From: Pseudomonadota bacterium
GTDB lineage: Bacteria > Bdellovibrionota > Bdellovibrionia > Bdellovibrionales > SG-bin7
Length of the DNA stretch: 51,509 nt
Reading direction: 5' to 3'
Assembly: GCA_034439715.1 (NCBI GenBank)
Contig: JAWXAY010000060.1
Span: forward strand, 1 to 51,509
The position numbers and the translations under genes are program-made. Position 1 is the stretch's first letter. Each line of letters starts with the position of its first letter. The notes under the pieces were generated by a model, which did no database searches, had not been told where the DNA came from, and saw only the letters and a program-made list of their open reading frames with translations. Below, one piece after another: positions 29,208 through 38,621 of the stretch.

Positions 29208-30560
29208 TTGCCATTGCTAAATCGGTTGCAAATTGTTGTCTGTTGTCTTTTGTTAACAACAGGTTGTGGAGTTTTTCAAACAAGAAACGCTGCTTCTACT
29301 AGCAATGATGCTGCGGACATCAACCAGCCTAAAGTCGAGGTTAAGGTTGAAGTTAAAGATAGTGAAATAGCCGAAGAGGCGCCTGATCTTCCCAAAGAGA
29401 TGAATCAGTACGTTGTTAATCAAATGGAATATTTCTTAGGTCGTGGCCGCCACCATATGGAAAAATATTTGGCCCGAGCTCCTAGATACATCGAGCTGGT
29501 AAAGCAGACACTGAGAGACGAAGGAGTGCCTGAGGATTTGGTTTACTTAGCTTTGATTGAATCGGGATTCAATAACAATGCAAAGTCGCACGCGAAGGCG
29601 GTCGGATATTGGCAGTTTATTAAAAGTACGGGTCAAAGATATGGCCTAAAGGTGAATGCATTTGTTGATGAAAGACGGGATCCCATTAAATCCACAGTCG
29701 CAGCTGCAAGATATTTAAAAGCCCTTAACAGTCTGTTTGGATCTTGGCACTTAGCCCTTGCCGCCTATAATGTGGGTGAGAATCGAATAAAGAGCCAAGT
29801 CATGCATCATGAAACAAGAGATTTGTGGGAACTCATTCGGTCTGGTCGGTTGCCGAATGAAACCAAACATTATGTGCCCAAATTTATTGCGGCTAGAATA
29901 ATTGCTAAACACCCCGAGCGATATGGACTCGATAAACTACCATTTGAAGATGCACTTAAGTTTGAAATGGTTCCCGTGGGAAGGCCAATTAGTTTAAGGC
30001 GACTGGCTGACAATTTAGGGGTGGACTATGCTCAGATTAAATTATTGAACCCCATGTTTAAATCCGATTATGTACCCGTTGATAACAATGAAAAGGTATC
30101 TGTTCGGGTGCCCGCCGATAAAATTGCGATATCCGCGTTAGCGATAGTAAAGAGCCAAGTGGTCGCGCAAAGACAAGTCGCGTACCTTGACGAAGACCAT
30201 GTTTATTACCGAGTAAAACGTGGTGATAATCTGAGCCTAATTGCTTCTAGATTCGGAACAAGTATTTCGCGTTTGCGCTCTCTAAATGATTTAGGTTCAC
30301 GGTCTCGTCTCGCCGTAGGTGCAAAACTAAAAGTTCCTTCTCAAGAAATTAGAAAGCTGAAGGCCTATCGCAGTACGGAGAAAAGAAGTGCGGCACCTAT
30401 AATGTCGGCAAAGAGTAAGGTGCATGTTGTAAGACGTGGGGATACTTTGATTGATATTTCCAAAAAATACGGCGTAACTTTAGCACAAATTCGTCGCGAG
30501 AATAATTTAAATAACCGCACTCGAATTCTTGTCGGTGCATCAATTGCTATTCCTGATTAA
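29208..30560 (+). CDS. mltD: MltD-like lytic transglycosylase with two LysM domains
   Basis: LIESG, GYWQF, DERRDP, AAYNVG, ETKHYVPK; LysM repeats YRVKRGDNL and HVVRRGDTL. Confidence 0.9.
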   Translation: MPLLNRLQIVVCCLLLTTGCGVFQTRNAASTSNDAADINQPKVEVKVEVKDSEIAEEAPDLPKEMNQYVVNQMEYFLGRGRHHMEKYLARAPRYIELVKQTLRDEGVPEDLVYLALIESGFNNNAKSHAKAVGYWQFIKSTGQRYGLKVNAFVDERRDPIKSTVAAARYLKALNSLFGSWHLALAAYNVGENRIKSQVMHHETRDLWELIRSGRLPNETKHYVPKFIAARIIAKHPERYGLDKLPFEDALKFEMVPVGRPISLRRLADNLGVDYAQIKLLNPMFKSDYVPVDNNEKVSVRVPADKIAISALAIVKSQVVAQRQVAYLDEDHVYYRVKRGDNLSLIASRFGTSISRLRSLNDLGSRSRLAVGAKLKVPSQEIRKLKAYRSTEKRSAAPIMSAKSKVHVVRRGDTLIDISKKYGVTLAQIRRENNLNNRTRILVGASIAIPD

Positions 30561-30581
30561 AAATAATCCTTGTGTTTTGGG

Positions 30582-30610
30582 TTGACACATTAAAAGGTTT
30601 TTTGTGCAAT
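30582..30610 (+). promoter_or_regulatory. Possible sigma70 promoter for 30634
   Basis: TTGACA-N17-TGCAAT. Confidence 0.45.
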
Positions 30611-30633
30611 GATTTTACAACCAGGGAGAAGGT

Positions 30634-31380
30634 ATGGCAAAAATAATTTCAATCTTAGCGTCGGTCATGACATTTGGTTTAAGTGCGACAACAGCGCTGG
30701 CCTACGGTGGACCTTTGACGGAGCAACAGAAAAAAGACTTCTTAGGTGTGTTTAAATCTGTTGGCCGGGTTGAACGCCTTTATAGCGATGCTCAAGGCAG
30801 AAAAACGCCAAAATCTGATGAGGTTTACGAGAAAATGTATACCCTTGTTCAGCAGGCTTGCCAATTTATAGAAAACAAATCTGAAAAAGACTCTACTCTT
30901 ACAGTCACATTAGAATCCACTGAAATAGGTTGCCCAGTTGTCATGAAGTCGATCGAACAGGTTAAAAACTTGGGCGATGGCGTGAGTGCTATCGCCAATA
31001 AAGTGGTGTTTCAAGCTGGCGATTTAATGAAGGCTATAAATGACGTTATTGAAACGCAAGACCTCTTACACGGCAAAATTATCACGACAAAAAATGAAGA
31101 AGGCGGCGTAATAACTTCAGATGAGAAAAGTGAAGGTTTCGTAGTGAGCCAACTACATGGCAAATCTGACTACACGACTCGATCGGTTTCTAGCAGTGAG
31201 TACGTGGGTAATTTCGAGCCTACCAAAATTAATGGCGAATGGACTCTCAATACTAAGTTGGGCGAAATCAATGTTGAAATGAAAATCACCTACAAACTTG
31301 AAGATGGAGTTTTTACCAAAGAGATTTTTCTCAATGGAGAAAAAATTGAGATAGGAACCGAGTTAGAAAAGTCTTTTTAG
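30634..31380 (+). CDS. Secreted hypothetical protein
   Basis: SD GGGAG, signal peptide ending ALA, Cys pair, beta-rich C-terminal half. Confidence 0.7.
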   Translation: MAKIISILASVMTFGLSATTALAYGGPLTEQQKKDFLGVFKSVGRVERLYSDAQGRKTPKSDEVYEKMYTLVQQACQFIENKSEKDSTLTVTLESTEIGCPVVMKSIEQVKNLGDGVSAIANKVVFQAGDLMKAINDVIETQDLLHGKIITTKNEEGGVITSDEKSEGFVVSQLHGKSDYTTRSVSSSEYVGNFEPTKINGEWTLNTKLGEINVEMKITYKLEDGVFTKEIFLNGEKIEIGTELEKSF

Positions 31381-31390
31381 AATAAAAGCC

Positions 31391-31443
31391 AAAAAAGAAG
31401 GGCATCTAAGTCACTCAATAATTAAAGTGGCCTAGACACCCTT
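31391..31443 (-). terminator. Intrinsic terminator of the riboswitch transcript
   Basis: AAGGGUGUCUAGGCCACU / AGUGACUUAGAUGCCCUU stem followed by CUUUUUU; several G-U pairs form only on the minus strand. Confidence 0.8.
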
Positions 31444-31472
31444 GAGATAAGATACAGAAATGAAGTATCCAT
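31422..31472 (-). CDS. Candidate 16-aa riboswitch-regulated micropeptide MDTSFLYLISRVSRPL
   Basis: SD GGGAGGG 9 nt upstream of ATG; this SD is complementary to the riboswitch 5' strand. Confidence 0.5.
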   Translation of the reverse strand: MDTSFLYLISRVSRPL

Positions 31473-31502
31473 AAGTTTTTTCCCTCCCTTTGAAGTTTTT
31501 AA

Positions 31503-31605
31503 TTCCTTTGGTAGCCTGGCAGGCAATAGCCAAAATTAAATTGGCCTTAGCCCCACTCGCTTTGCGCCCTACAGTTTCCTAGTAGTTTGCCCTTTGACAA
31601 AGGAA
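31503..31605 (-). ncRNA. Cyclic di-GMP-I (GEMM-I) riboswitch aptamer
   Basis: AAAGGGCAAA-CUACUAG-GAAA-CUGUAG-GGCGCAAAGC...GGCUAAG...CUAUUGCC...GGCUACC; GAAA tetraloop and receptor; P1 UUCCUUU/AAAGGAA. Confidence 0.9.
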
Positions 31606-31619
31606 GGAAAGTTATTCAT
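31569..31619 (-). CDS. Candidate 16-aa uORF MNNFPSFVKGQTTRKL overlapping the 5' half of the aptamer
   Basis: Perfect SD AAGGAGG (31629-31635) 9 nt upstream of ATG; TAG stop inside P2. Confidence 0.35.
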   Translation of the reverse strand: MNNFPSFVKGQTTRKL

Positions 31620-31681
31620 CCGATAAAACCTCCTTGGTAAGATCGAGTTAACTGGTAATTTAAGCTATTTTACTAGCCCAG

Positions 31682-31777
31682 CTACTCTGGAGGTGGATCT
31701 AGATTCCGTTCTTTTGGGATGGTTTGATGACAGAGCCGGCTCCATAGCTCCCACCGTTTTTCGCTAAATACGTCCAT
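31682..31777 (-). CDS. Candidate leaderless 31-aa ORF MDVFSEKRWELWSRLCHQTIPKERNLDPPPE
   Basis: TAGACT-N16-TAGACT, then 6 nt, then ATG: same geometry as other leaderless genes in the window. Confidence 0.35.
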   Translation of the reverse strand: MDVFSEKRWELWSRLCHQTIPKERNLDPPPE

Positions 31778-31838
31778 GAATTAAGTCTACTGCATTGCGT
31801 TAAAAAGTCTAGCTGATTATTTTAAATGCCATGATAAT

Positions 31839-32681
31839 TCAATGGCTTGTATCAGTTTGAGTTGTAGCGGTATGGGACTTAGTAAGCATATTCGCTAGTT
31901 CTATAAATTTGTCGGCTGTCTCATCTTGAGGAAAAGCATCTAAAACTGAAATACCAATTTCAGCACTTTTGGCGAGATTTTGCGTGAAAGGAATTTGTAA
32001 AATTCTCGTCATTTTATTTTGCGCAATATAAAAATCGAGTTCCCCTCGTGGAAACAATTCTGCTTTCTCACCATTAGGTAATTTAAAGTAACTCATGTTT
32101 TCGACGACGCCTAATACAGGAATATTTAATTTTCCGAACATGTCCAATGCTTTCTTACAATCCGCGAAGGCAATATTTTGTGGAGTAGTGACGGCGATTC
32201 CCAAATGAATTTGTGTTTTTTGGGCCAGCGTAAGTGGGACATCTCCGGTGCCAGGCGGTAAATCTATTATTAGATAATCGAGGTCACCCCACACCACATC
32301 TCTTAAAAACTGCTCAAGCGCTTTAAATAGCATGGGCCCACGCCAAACGACTGCCGTTTCTTCAGGAACAAGAAATCCGAGGCTCATCAACTTAACGCCG
32401 CTACGTTCAATCGGAATTATTTTATTGTTTTCGTCAACTAGTGCCTTTTGATTTATGGCGCCAAACAATCGGGGAATGCTGGGGCCATAAATGTCAGAAT
32501 CAAGTAAGCCGACACGAAGTCCCAGTTTAGCAATTGCGACGGCAAGGTTTGCCGAAACCGTACTTTTGCCGACCCCGCCTTTGCCGGACCCTACGGCTAT
32601 TATTTTGGCGATACCAGGGATGGGACCTTGTTTATTAAATGTATTAGCTGAGGTATTGGCTGTGGGATTAGCAGGTGACAT
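31839..32681 (-). CDS. mrp: Mrp/ApbC/NBP35 family ATPase; start moved to ATG 32681 behind SD GGAG
   Basis: GSGKGGVGKST, DSDIYGPSIP, VWRGPM, DLPPGTGD, VVENMS. Confidence 0.92.
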   Translation of the reverse strand: MSPANPTANTSANTFNKQGPIPGIAKIIAVGSGKGGVGKSTVSANLAVAIAKLGLRVGLLDSDIYGPSIPRLFGAINQKALVDENNKIIPIERSGVKLMSLGFLVPEETAVVWRGPMLFKALEQFLRDVVWGDLDYLIIDLPPGTGDVPLTLAQKTQIHLGIAVTTPQNIAFADCKKALDMFGKLNIPVLGVVENMSYFKLPNGEKAELFPRGELDFYIAQNKMTRILQIPFTQNLAKSAEIGISVLDAFPQDETADKFIELANMLTKSHTATTQTDTSH

Positions 32682-32710
32682 TTTAGGGGTCTCCAAGAAT
32701 AATAAAAACA

Positions 32711-33109
32711 ATGGATCCGAAACATTACATAATGCTCAATGGGCTAATTGTCATCCTTCTCATAGCGTCTATTTTATTTTTACGGCGAGGCAATAGCGAT
32801 TCGACCCGTTTAAACCTCAGAAAATCGTCAGACCGTATTCCACAAGCCACTGGCGGTGAGGGGCCGCTGAGCGGTCTAAACAATATGTCGGAAAATGGAG
32901 ACAAGGCGGATGGAGCCCGAAGTCTCAATGTGGTATTTCAATTTGAGGGGAATTGGTACGACGCTTTCGAAATACTAGATATACCTGCCGGTACTTCGTT
33001 AGCCCAGGCGCGAGAGAGGTTTAATGAGCTTTTAAAGTCAGTCAGTACCTCTCGCCATGAATTAATTAAAGAGGCCATTAAGGCCATCGCCGCCAGCGTC
33101 TCAAAATAA
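32711..33109 (+). CDS. Membrane-anchored hypothetical protein with J-domain-like C-terminus
   Basis: N-terminal TM; DAFEILDIPAGTSLAQARERF resembles J-domain helices I-II; no HPD. Confidence 0.6.
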   Translation: MDPKHYIMLNGLIVILLIASILFLRRGNSDSTRLNLRKSSDRIPQATGGEGPLSGLNNMSENGDKADGARSLNVVFQFEGNWYDAFEILDIPAGTSLAQARERFNELLKSVSTSRHELIKEAIKAIAASVSK

Positions 33110-33162
33110 GATAAGAATACTATTTTTTCTGGCAAATTTTACTCACATTTATTTTCACCGTT

Positions 33163-33504
33163 TCAAAACCCCTTCGGTTCCTGAAAACTGGGCTTAGCCT
33201 GACCGCGGTGACAAATGTAGCAATCAACTTTTATATTTCCCGAAAAGGAATTTGTGTTGAGCCAATTTACCATGTCGCCGTGTTTTTTGGCCGTTTTAAA
33301 ACTTTTCTTTTCGTCGGATTTTAAGTTTTTTAAATTATGACAAAACATACAATCAACGCCTAATTGTCGAGCAATGGTAATCATCTGTTCACGCTTGACA
33401 AGATCAGGGTCAGATTTTGCTGACTTTACCTTTTCAGCAGAGAGTGGTATCGCTGGCATAATAAGCAACGAAAATAATGTTAGCTTAGCGCTAAATCCCC
33501 TCAT
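33163..33504 (-). CDS. Small diheme c-type cytochrome (PufC/CytoC_RC-like heme spacing)
   Basis: Signal peptide, CMFCH and CYICH, each preceded by a helix with Met (EQMITIA, DMVNWLN). Confidence 0.8.
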   Translation of the reverse strand: MRGFSAKLTLFSLLIMPAIPLSAEKVKSAKSDPDLVKREQMITIARQLGVDCMFCHNLKNLKSDEKKSFKTAKKHGDMVNWLNTNSFSGNIKVDCYICHRGQAKPSFQEPKGF

Positions 33505-33642
33505 TTAAAATTCCTCTATTTCTTTATAGTTTCCTTAAGTTAAGCATCTTATATACCTCTGGCGCAAGCCTCATTTCTTGACTCATGTCATAGTGCGATG
33601 TTAGCCATAAATTATGGGTAAAATTAAGAGGAAAAATCGATC

Positions 33643-34995
33643 ATGAAAGTTAAGCGTCTTGAAGATTTAAATACCCTTGTTTCTCTCTGTAAGCGCCGCG
33701 GCTTTGTATATCAAAGCAGCGAAATTTATGGCGGCCTAAATTCCTGCTGGGATTACGGTCCACTCGGTGCCGAAATGAAATTTAATGTTAAGATGGCCTG
33801 GTGGAAGGCCATGACCCGAAGGCCTGACGTTGTTGGTCTCGATGCCTCAATTTTAATGGCCCCGATGGTATGGAAAGCCTCAGGCCATGTTGATGGATTT
33901 TCTGATCCACTGGTTGACTGCAAAAAATGTAAATCTCGTTTTCGGGCGGATCAAATAAATAACTCTAAAGTTTGTCCCAGTTGTGGTGGCGAGCTTACCG
34001 AGCCACGACAATTCAATTTAATGTTTAAAACTTTTATGGGCCCGGTTGAAGATTCAACCAATGTTGTTTACCTGCGCCCCGAAACCGCCCAAGGAATTTT
34101 TGTGAACTTTGAAAACGTCGCGGTTTCTATGCGCCGAAAGATTCCCTTTGGTATTGCCCAGATTGGCAAATCATTTCGTAACGAAATCACTCCCGGTAAC
34201 TTTATTTTTAGAACACGCGAATTTGAACAAATGGAAATGCAATACTTTGTAAAACCAGGTACTGATGAAAAGTTTTTTGAAGAATGGAAAGCCACGCGTA
34301 TGAAGTTTTTTTCGGAGTTTGGCATTCGGGCGGAAAAATTGCGATTTCATCAACATGGCCCCAAAGAGCTGGCCCATTATGCCAAGGCGGCATTCGATGT
34401 GCAGTATGAATTCCCGATTGGCTGGCAAGAGCTCGAAGGTATTCACAATCGCAGCGATTTTGATTTGAGTCAGCACCAAAAATTTTCTGGAAAGAAACTA
34501 GAATATTTTGAGGAAGCGACTAAAGAGCACTTTTTGCCTTACGTAATTGAAACTGCGGTTGGCTGCGACCGATTTTATTTAGCTCTTTTATGTGATGCTT
34601 ATCGCGAAGAAACCGTGGTCGACGAAGAAGCCAAAGAGGGTTCGAAAGAAGACACCCGTGTCGTATTAGGCTTTGATGCAAGAATAGCACCTGTAAAAGC
34701 CGCTATTTTACCACTTTCAAAAAAGCCGCAGTTACAAGAAGTATCTGACAACATTTTTTCTGACTTGATGAAGGATCAGTTGGTGCAGTACGATGAATCG
34801 GGCAGTATCGGTAAACGTTATCGTCGCCAGGACGAGATCGGCACTCCCCTTTGTATTACTATTGATTTTGATAGTTTGAATGATCAGAAAGTTACTGTTC
34901 GCCATCGAGACACTATGAAACAAGATCGCGTTTCCATGGGATTGTTAAAAGACTATATAAAAGAGAAACTCCTCACTTTTAAAGGGAATACATGA
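33643..34995 (+). CDS. glyQS: Glycine--tRNA ligase (alpha2 type)
   Basis: [51 protein letters not shown]. Confidence 0.97.
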   Translation: MKVKRLEDLNTLVSLCKRRGFVYQSSEIYGGLNSCWDYGPLGAEMKFNVKMAWWKAMTRRPDVVGLDASILMAPMVWKASGHVDGFSDPLVDCKKCKSRFRADQINNSKVCPSCGGELTEPRQFNLMFKTFMGPVEDSTNVVYLRPETAQGIFVNFENVAVSMRRKIPFGIAQIGKSFRNEITPGNFIFRTREFEQMEMQYFVKPGTDEKFFEEWKATRMKFFSEFGIRAEKLRFHQHGPKELAHYAKAAFDVQYEFPIGWQELEGIHNRSDFDLSQHQKFSGKKLEYFEEATKEHFLPYVIETAVGCDRFYLALLCDAYREETVVDEEAKEGSKEDTRVVLGFDARIAPVKAAILPLSKKPQLQEVSDNIFSDLMKDQLVQYDESGSIGKRYRRQDEIGTPLCITIDFDSLNDQKVTVRHRDTMKQDRVSMGLLKDYIKEKLLTFKGNT

Positions 34996-37900
34996 GAATA
35001 AAAAAACTAGAACTCTTTGGTTTCAAATCCTTTAAAGATAGAACCGTTATTCAGTTTGACAAAGGCATCACAGGCGTTGTTGGACCTAATGGCTGCGGGA
35101 AATCAAATATCGTCGATGCCCTCATTTGGGTCATGGGTGAAATGTCGGCAAAGCATTTGCGCGGTACTAAAATGGAAGACGTCATATTTGCCGGCTCAGA
35201 TGGATATGCTCCGATGGGTGTGGCCGAAGTATCTTTGGTTTTAGAAAATGACGGCGGTCCCTTTCCGGTTAAGTTTGCCAATCATTCTGAAATTATGATT
35301 ACGCGTCGGCTACATCGCTCTGGCGAATCAGAATACATGATCAATAAAGAGCCCTCTCGGCTTCGTGATATTCAAGAAATTTTTATGGATACGGGCGCCG
35401 GCGCCAAAGGATTTAGTATTATTGAGCAAGGGGCGATCGGAAAAATCATAACTGCAAAGCCAGAAGAGCGTCGCACGCTGATCGAAGAGGCGGCGGGTAT
35501 TACCAAATTCAAAGCTCGCAAACGCGAGAGTCTTAGGAAACTTGAGGCCACTGACCTAAACCTTGTCCGCCTACAGGATATTATTGGTGAACTCAAGCGC
35601 CAAGTCGGAAGTTTAGAGCGCCAAGCTAAACGGGCTCAACGCTATAAAGAACTTCGAGACCAGGCGAAAGATTTAGATTTATGGCTCTCGTCAAAAAAAT
35701 ATGCAGAACTGAAAACCGAAAATGATTCAGCGAGCGGGCAGATTACTTTTCTGCAGGATCAAGAGATTGGCGTTCAGGCTGTTCTCGCTCAAACCGACAG
35801 TGAATTACAAAGACAGCGCGTGAATCTGGCTCAAAAAGAAAACGACGTCAATGAGAGTCAGCGACAGCACTTTGAGGCGCAAAATAATCTATTGGCCCAA
35901 GAAAAAGAGATAATGGAGTTGCAGTTTAGGATTGAGCAAGCTCGTCAAAATGAAAAACGCTCGGACTCGCAGGATGCTGACCTTAAAGCCCGGTATGAAT
36001 TTCAGGTTCAAGAGCGAGAGGGCTTGGCCGAAATGCTTACTTCGCTTGAAGAAGAATTTCAGCAGGCTCAAGTAAAGTACGTAGAGAAGAGCCAGCTGCT
36101 CGCAGAAAAAGAATCTAGCCTTAACAAGCTAGATGATGAGATTAGCGGACGGCGCAGAGAATATTTGACGGTTCAACAGTCGCAAACACATTTGTTGGCC
36201 CAGTCAGAAATGAAAATCACGCGACTTGAGGAATTAAACAAGAGGATTGGAGAATTTAAGCAAATTGCTGGTGAACTTGAGAATAAGTGTAAAGAGTTCT
36301 TGGCTCGAAAAAAGAAAACTTTTATTGCACTAGAATCTGAAAAACAATTGCAACTTCACATTATGCAAGACGTCGATAACTTTAGCCAGAACTTGCAGCT
36401 GGTAGAGCTCGACGTTGAAGAGAAGTACAAAGAGGTTGAGGGGTTTAAGGATGAACTCAACCAGGTAATTAGTCGCCTTTATGGATTGGAAGATCTGCAG
36501 GCGAATTATGAGGGTTTTGAAGAGGGCGTAAAGACCGTTCTTTTTTGGCAAAAGCAAAAAGCGCCGATGCTGCAAGAGCTCGGCGCCTTAGGTGCGACGG
36601 CGCCAGCGGGATTTCAACCGGTCGCAGATGTAGTGGAGGTTCCATCACGCTATGAAATCGCGATGGAGGCTGCGCTAGGCTCTCGCTTGCAGTGGTTAAT
36701 GGGTAAAGGCCAAGAAGAAGCATTAGGTGCCATTGATTATTTAAAACAGGAGAACAAGGGTCGCAGCAGTTTTGTCACCGATAATTCTTGGACTCCTTCA
36801 TTAAAGTCTGAAGGCTTGGGTTCCCAAAGTGCCACGCCTAATGGCATTGGTGTCGAGGCTATCCTTAGCGATGTCGTGATTGTTCCCGAGATTTTTAAAG
36901 CGCAAGTGGCCCCTATTTTAGGTTCTATCGCTATTGTTGATACTATTCGCACGGCACTCCAATTAAAGGGAATGTATCCTGAGTGGTCGTTTGTGACGAT
37001 CGATGGCGATACTTTATCTCACGACGGCATTATCACTGGCGGCGGGCAAGACTCTGCTGATTCTGGCGTGTTAAAACGAAGAAGAGAAATCAAAGAACTC
37101 CGCGAGCGCAAAGAAGAGTGGGGCGGAAAGCTCATGTTGGCGCAGATGTCGCTCCAAAAGAAGGAAGGACAGGTTAAGACATTAAAGAATGACCTTGAAA
37201 ATGCGACTCGCAAAAATAATGAAAAAGAAATTACTCTGGTAGAGATCCGCAAAGATTACGAGCGAGCTGAAACAGAAAGTATTAATGCTGAAAGTGCCCT
37301 TGAGAAACAAACAAGGGAAGTTTCAGAAATCAGCACACAGCGGGATCTTGAAAATGAAAAGCTCTTGCAAATTCAAGAATCCATTAGAGATCTTACGACT
37401 AAAACCTTAATTCTTGAACAAGAAATTTCTGGCCTGCTTGAAACATTGGACTCGAATAAAAAATATGTCGAAGAACACCGGGGACTTGTCAGTGATTTAA
37501 GAGTCAAAATGGCGGCAAAAGAGCAAGAGGTCGAGGGCTACCGCCGTCAGGAGAACACTCTTTTGGGTTCTTTGGCCGTTACTGAGGATCAGATTTCTCG
37601 GCTGACGCAAGAAATGATTGATAATACAAAGGTACTCAGCGAAAACCAAACTGTTTTTGAAGAGAAGAAAGTGAGTTTGGAGCAGTTGATTTCTCGATCT
37701 AAAGAACACCAGGCCCAGTATGCGAGTCTCAGAGACGAATACGAAAAAATTATGGCAGAAATTCAAAAATCCGAGGGGCTCCACACCGACCAGCGGAAAT
37801 CATTCGAAAAAAATCGCACACTTTTGTCCGAGTTGCAGTTAAAGCACGAGCAGTTAACCCTGCAAGAGAAATACCTCGCAGATCAAATCTTAGAGCGGTA

Positions 37901-38621
37901 TAATGTTTCCCTATCTGAGAGGGCCCAAGAGTTTAGTTGCCGTGAAGGCGACTTAGAAAGTGCTCGCACGCAATTGGCGGAATTTAAAGAAAAATTGGCC
38001 GCTATCGGCGAGGTTAATGTTTCCGCCATTGAAGAGTTTGACGAATTAATCAAGCGAAATGAATTTTTGAATAAGCAACATGAGGATTTGGTTTCTTCTA
38101 AAGATCAATTGCGAAAAGTAATTGAGCGGATAAATCGAATATGCACGAAGCGCTTCAAAGAAACATTTGAGGCTGTTAACGAAAAATTTTCGCGAGTTTT
38201 TCCGGTGCTGTTTGGTGGCGGCGAGGCTAGACTTATTCTTGTTGAGTCCTCTGAAGAGGGCGAGTTAGGAATAGAGATTGTCGCTAAACCTCCTGGCAAA
38301 AAAATGCAAAGCGTGACTCTGATGTCGGGGGGAGAAAAGGCCTTGACCGCAGTAGGGCTGATTTTCGCAATATTTTTAGTTAAACCTTCTCCTTATTGCC
38401 TACTTGATGAAGTCGATGCTCCACTTGATGATGCTAACGTGGCGCGCTTTAATGATTTAGTTAAAGAAATGGCTAAGCGCAGTCAAATAATTGTAGTGAC
38501 ACACAACAAGCACACTATGACCGTTAACGACAAACTCTATGGCGTTACCATGGAGGAGAAGGGTATTTCTAAAATGGTATCTGTAAGTCTCGAGGAAGCG
38601 CAAAAAAGTGCCGAACTCTAA
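34992..38621 (+). CDS. smc: Chromosome segregation protein SMC
   Basis: [14 protein letters not shown], long coiled coils with hinge, [16 protein letters not shown]. Confidence 0.97.
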   Translation: MRIKKLELFGFKSFKDRTVIQFDKGITGVVGPNGCGKSNIVDALIWVMGEMSAKHLRGTKMEDVIFAGSDGYAPMGVAEVSLVLENDGGPFPVKFANHSEIMITRRLHRSGESEYMINKEPSRLRDIQEIFMDTGAGAKGFSIIEQGAIGKIITAKPEERRTLIEEAAGITKFKARKRESLRKLEATDLNLVRLQDIIGELKRQVGSLERQAKRAQRYKELRDQAKDLDLWLSSKKYAELKTENDSASGQITFLQDQEIGVQAVLAQTDSELQRQRVNLAQKENDVNESQRQHFEAQNNLLAQEKEIMELQFRIEQARQNEKRSDSQDADLKARYEFQVQEREGLAEMLTSLEEEFQQAQVKYVEKSQLLAEKESSLNKLDDEISGRRREYLTVQQSQTHLLAQSEMKITRLEELNKRIGEFKQIAGELENKCKEFLARKKKTFIALESEKQLQLHIMQDVDNFSQNLQLVELDVEEKYKEVEGFKDELNQVISRLYGLEDLQANYEGFEEGVKTVLFWQKQKAPMLQELGALGATAPAGFQPVADVVEVPSRYEIAMEAALGSRLQWLMGKGQEEALGAIDYLKQENKGRSSFVTDNSWTPSLKSEGLGSQSATPNGIGVEAILSDVVIVPEIFKAQVAPILGSIAIVDTIRTALQLKGMYPEWSFVTIDGDTLSHDGIITGGGQDSADSGVLKRRREIKELRERKEEWGGKLMLAQMSLQKKEGQVKTLKNDLENATRKNNEKEITLVEIRKDYERAETESINAESALEKQTREVSEISTQRDLENEKLLQIQESIRDLTTKTLILEQEISGLLETLDSNKKYVEEHRGLVSDLRVKMAAKEQEVEGYRRQENTLLGSLAVTEDQISRLTQEMIDNTKVLSENQTVFEEKKVSLEQLISRSKEHQAQYASLRDEYEKIMAEIQKSEGLHTDQRKSFEKNRTLLSELQLKHEQLTLQEKYLADQILERYNVSLSERAQEFSCREGDLESARTQLAEFKEKLAAIGEVNVSAIEEFDELIKRNEFLNKQHEDLVSSKDQLRKVIERINRICTKRFKETFEAVNEKFSRVFPVLFGGGEARLILVESSEEGELGIEIVAKPPGKKMQSVTLMSGGEKALTAVGLIFAIFLVKPSPYCLLDEVDAPLDDANVARFNDLVKEMAKRSQIIVVTHNKHTMTVNDKLYGVTMEEKGISKMVSVSLEEAQKSAEL

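Noticed and set aside
31586..31597. Possible c-AMP-GMP (GEMM-Ib) specificity of the riboswitch
   Set aside because: The position equivalent to Vc2 G20 is G (AAAGGGCAAA), which favours c-di-GMP; untested biochemically
31600..31626. Plus-strand TCCGATAA as a FliA -10 box
   Set aside because: No TAAA-like -35 at 15-nt spacing and no plus-strand gene downstream
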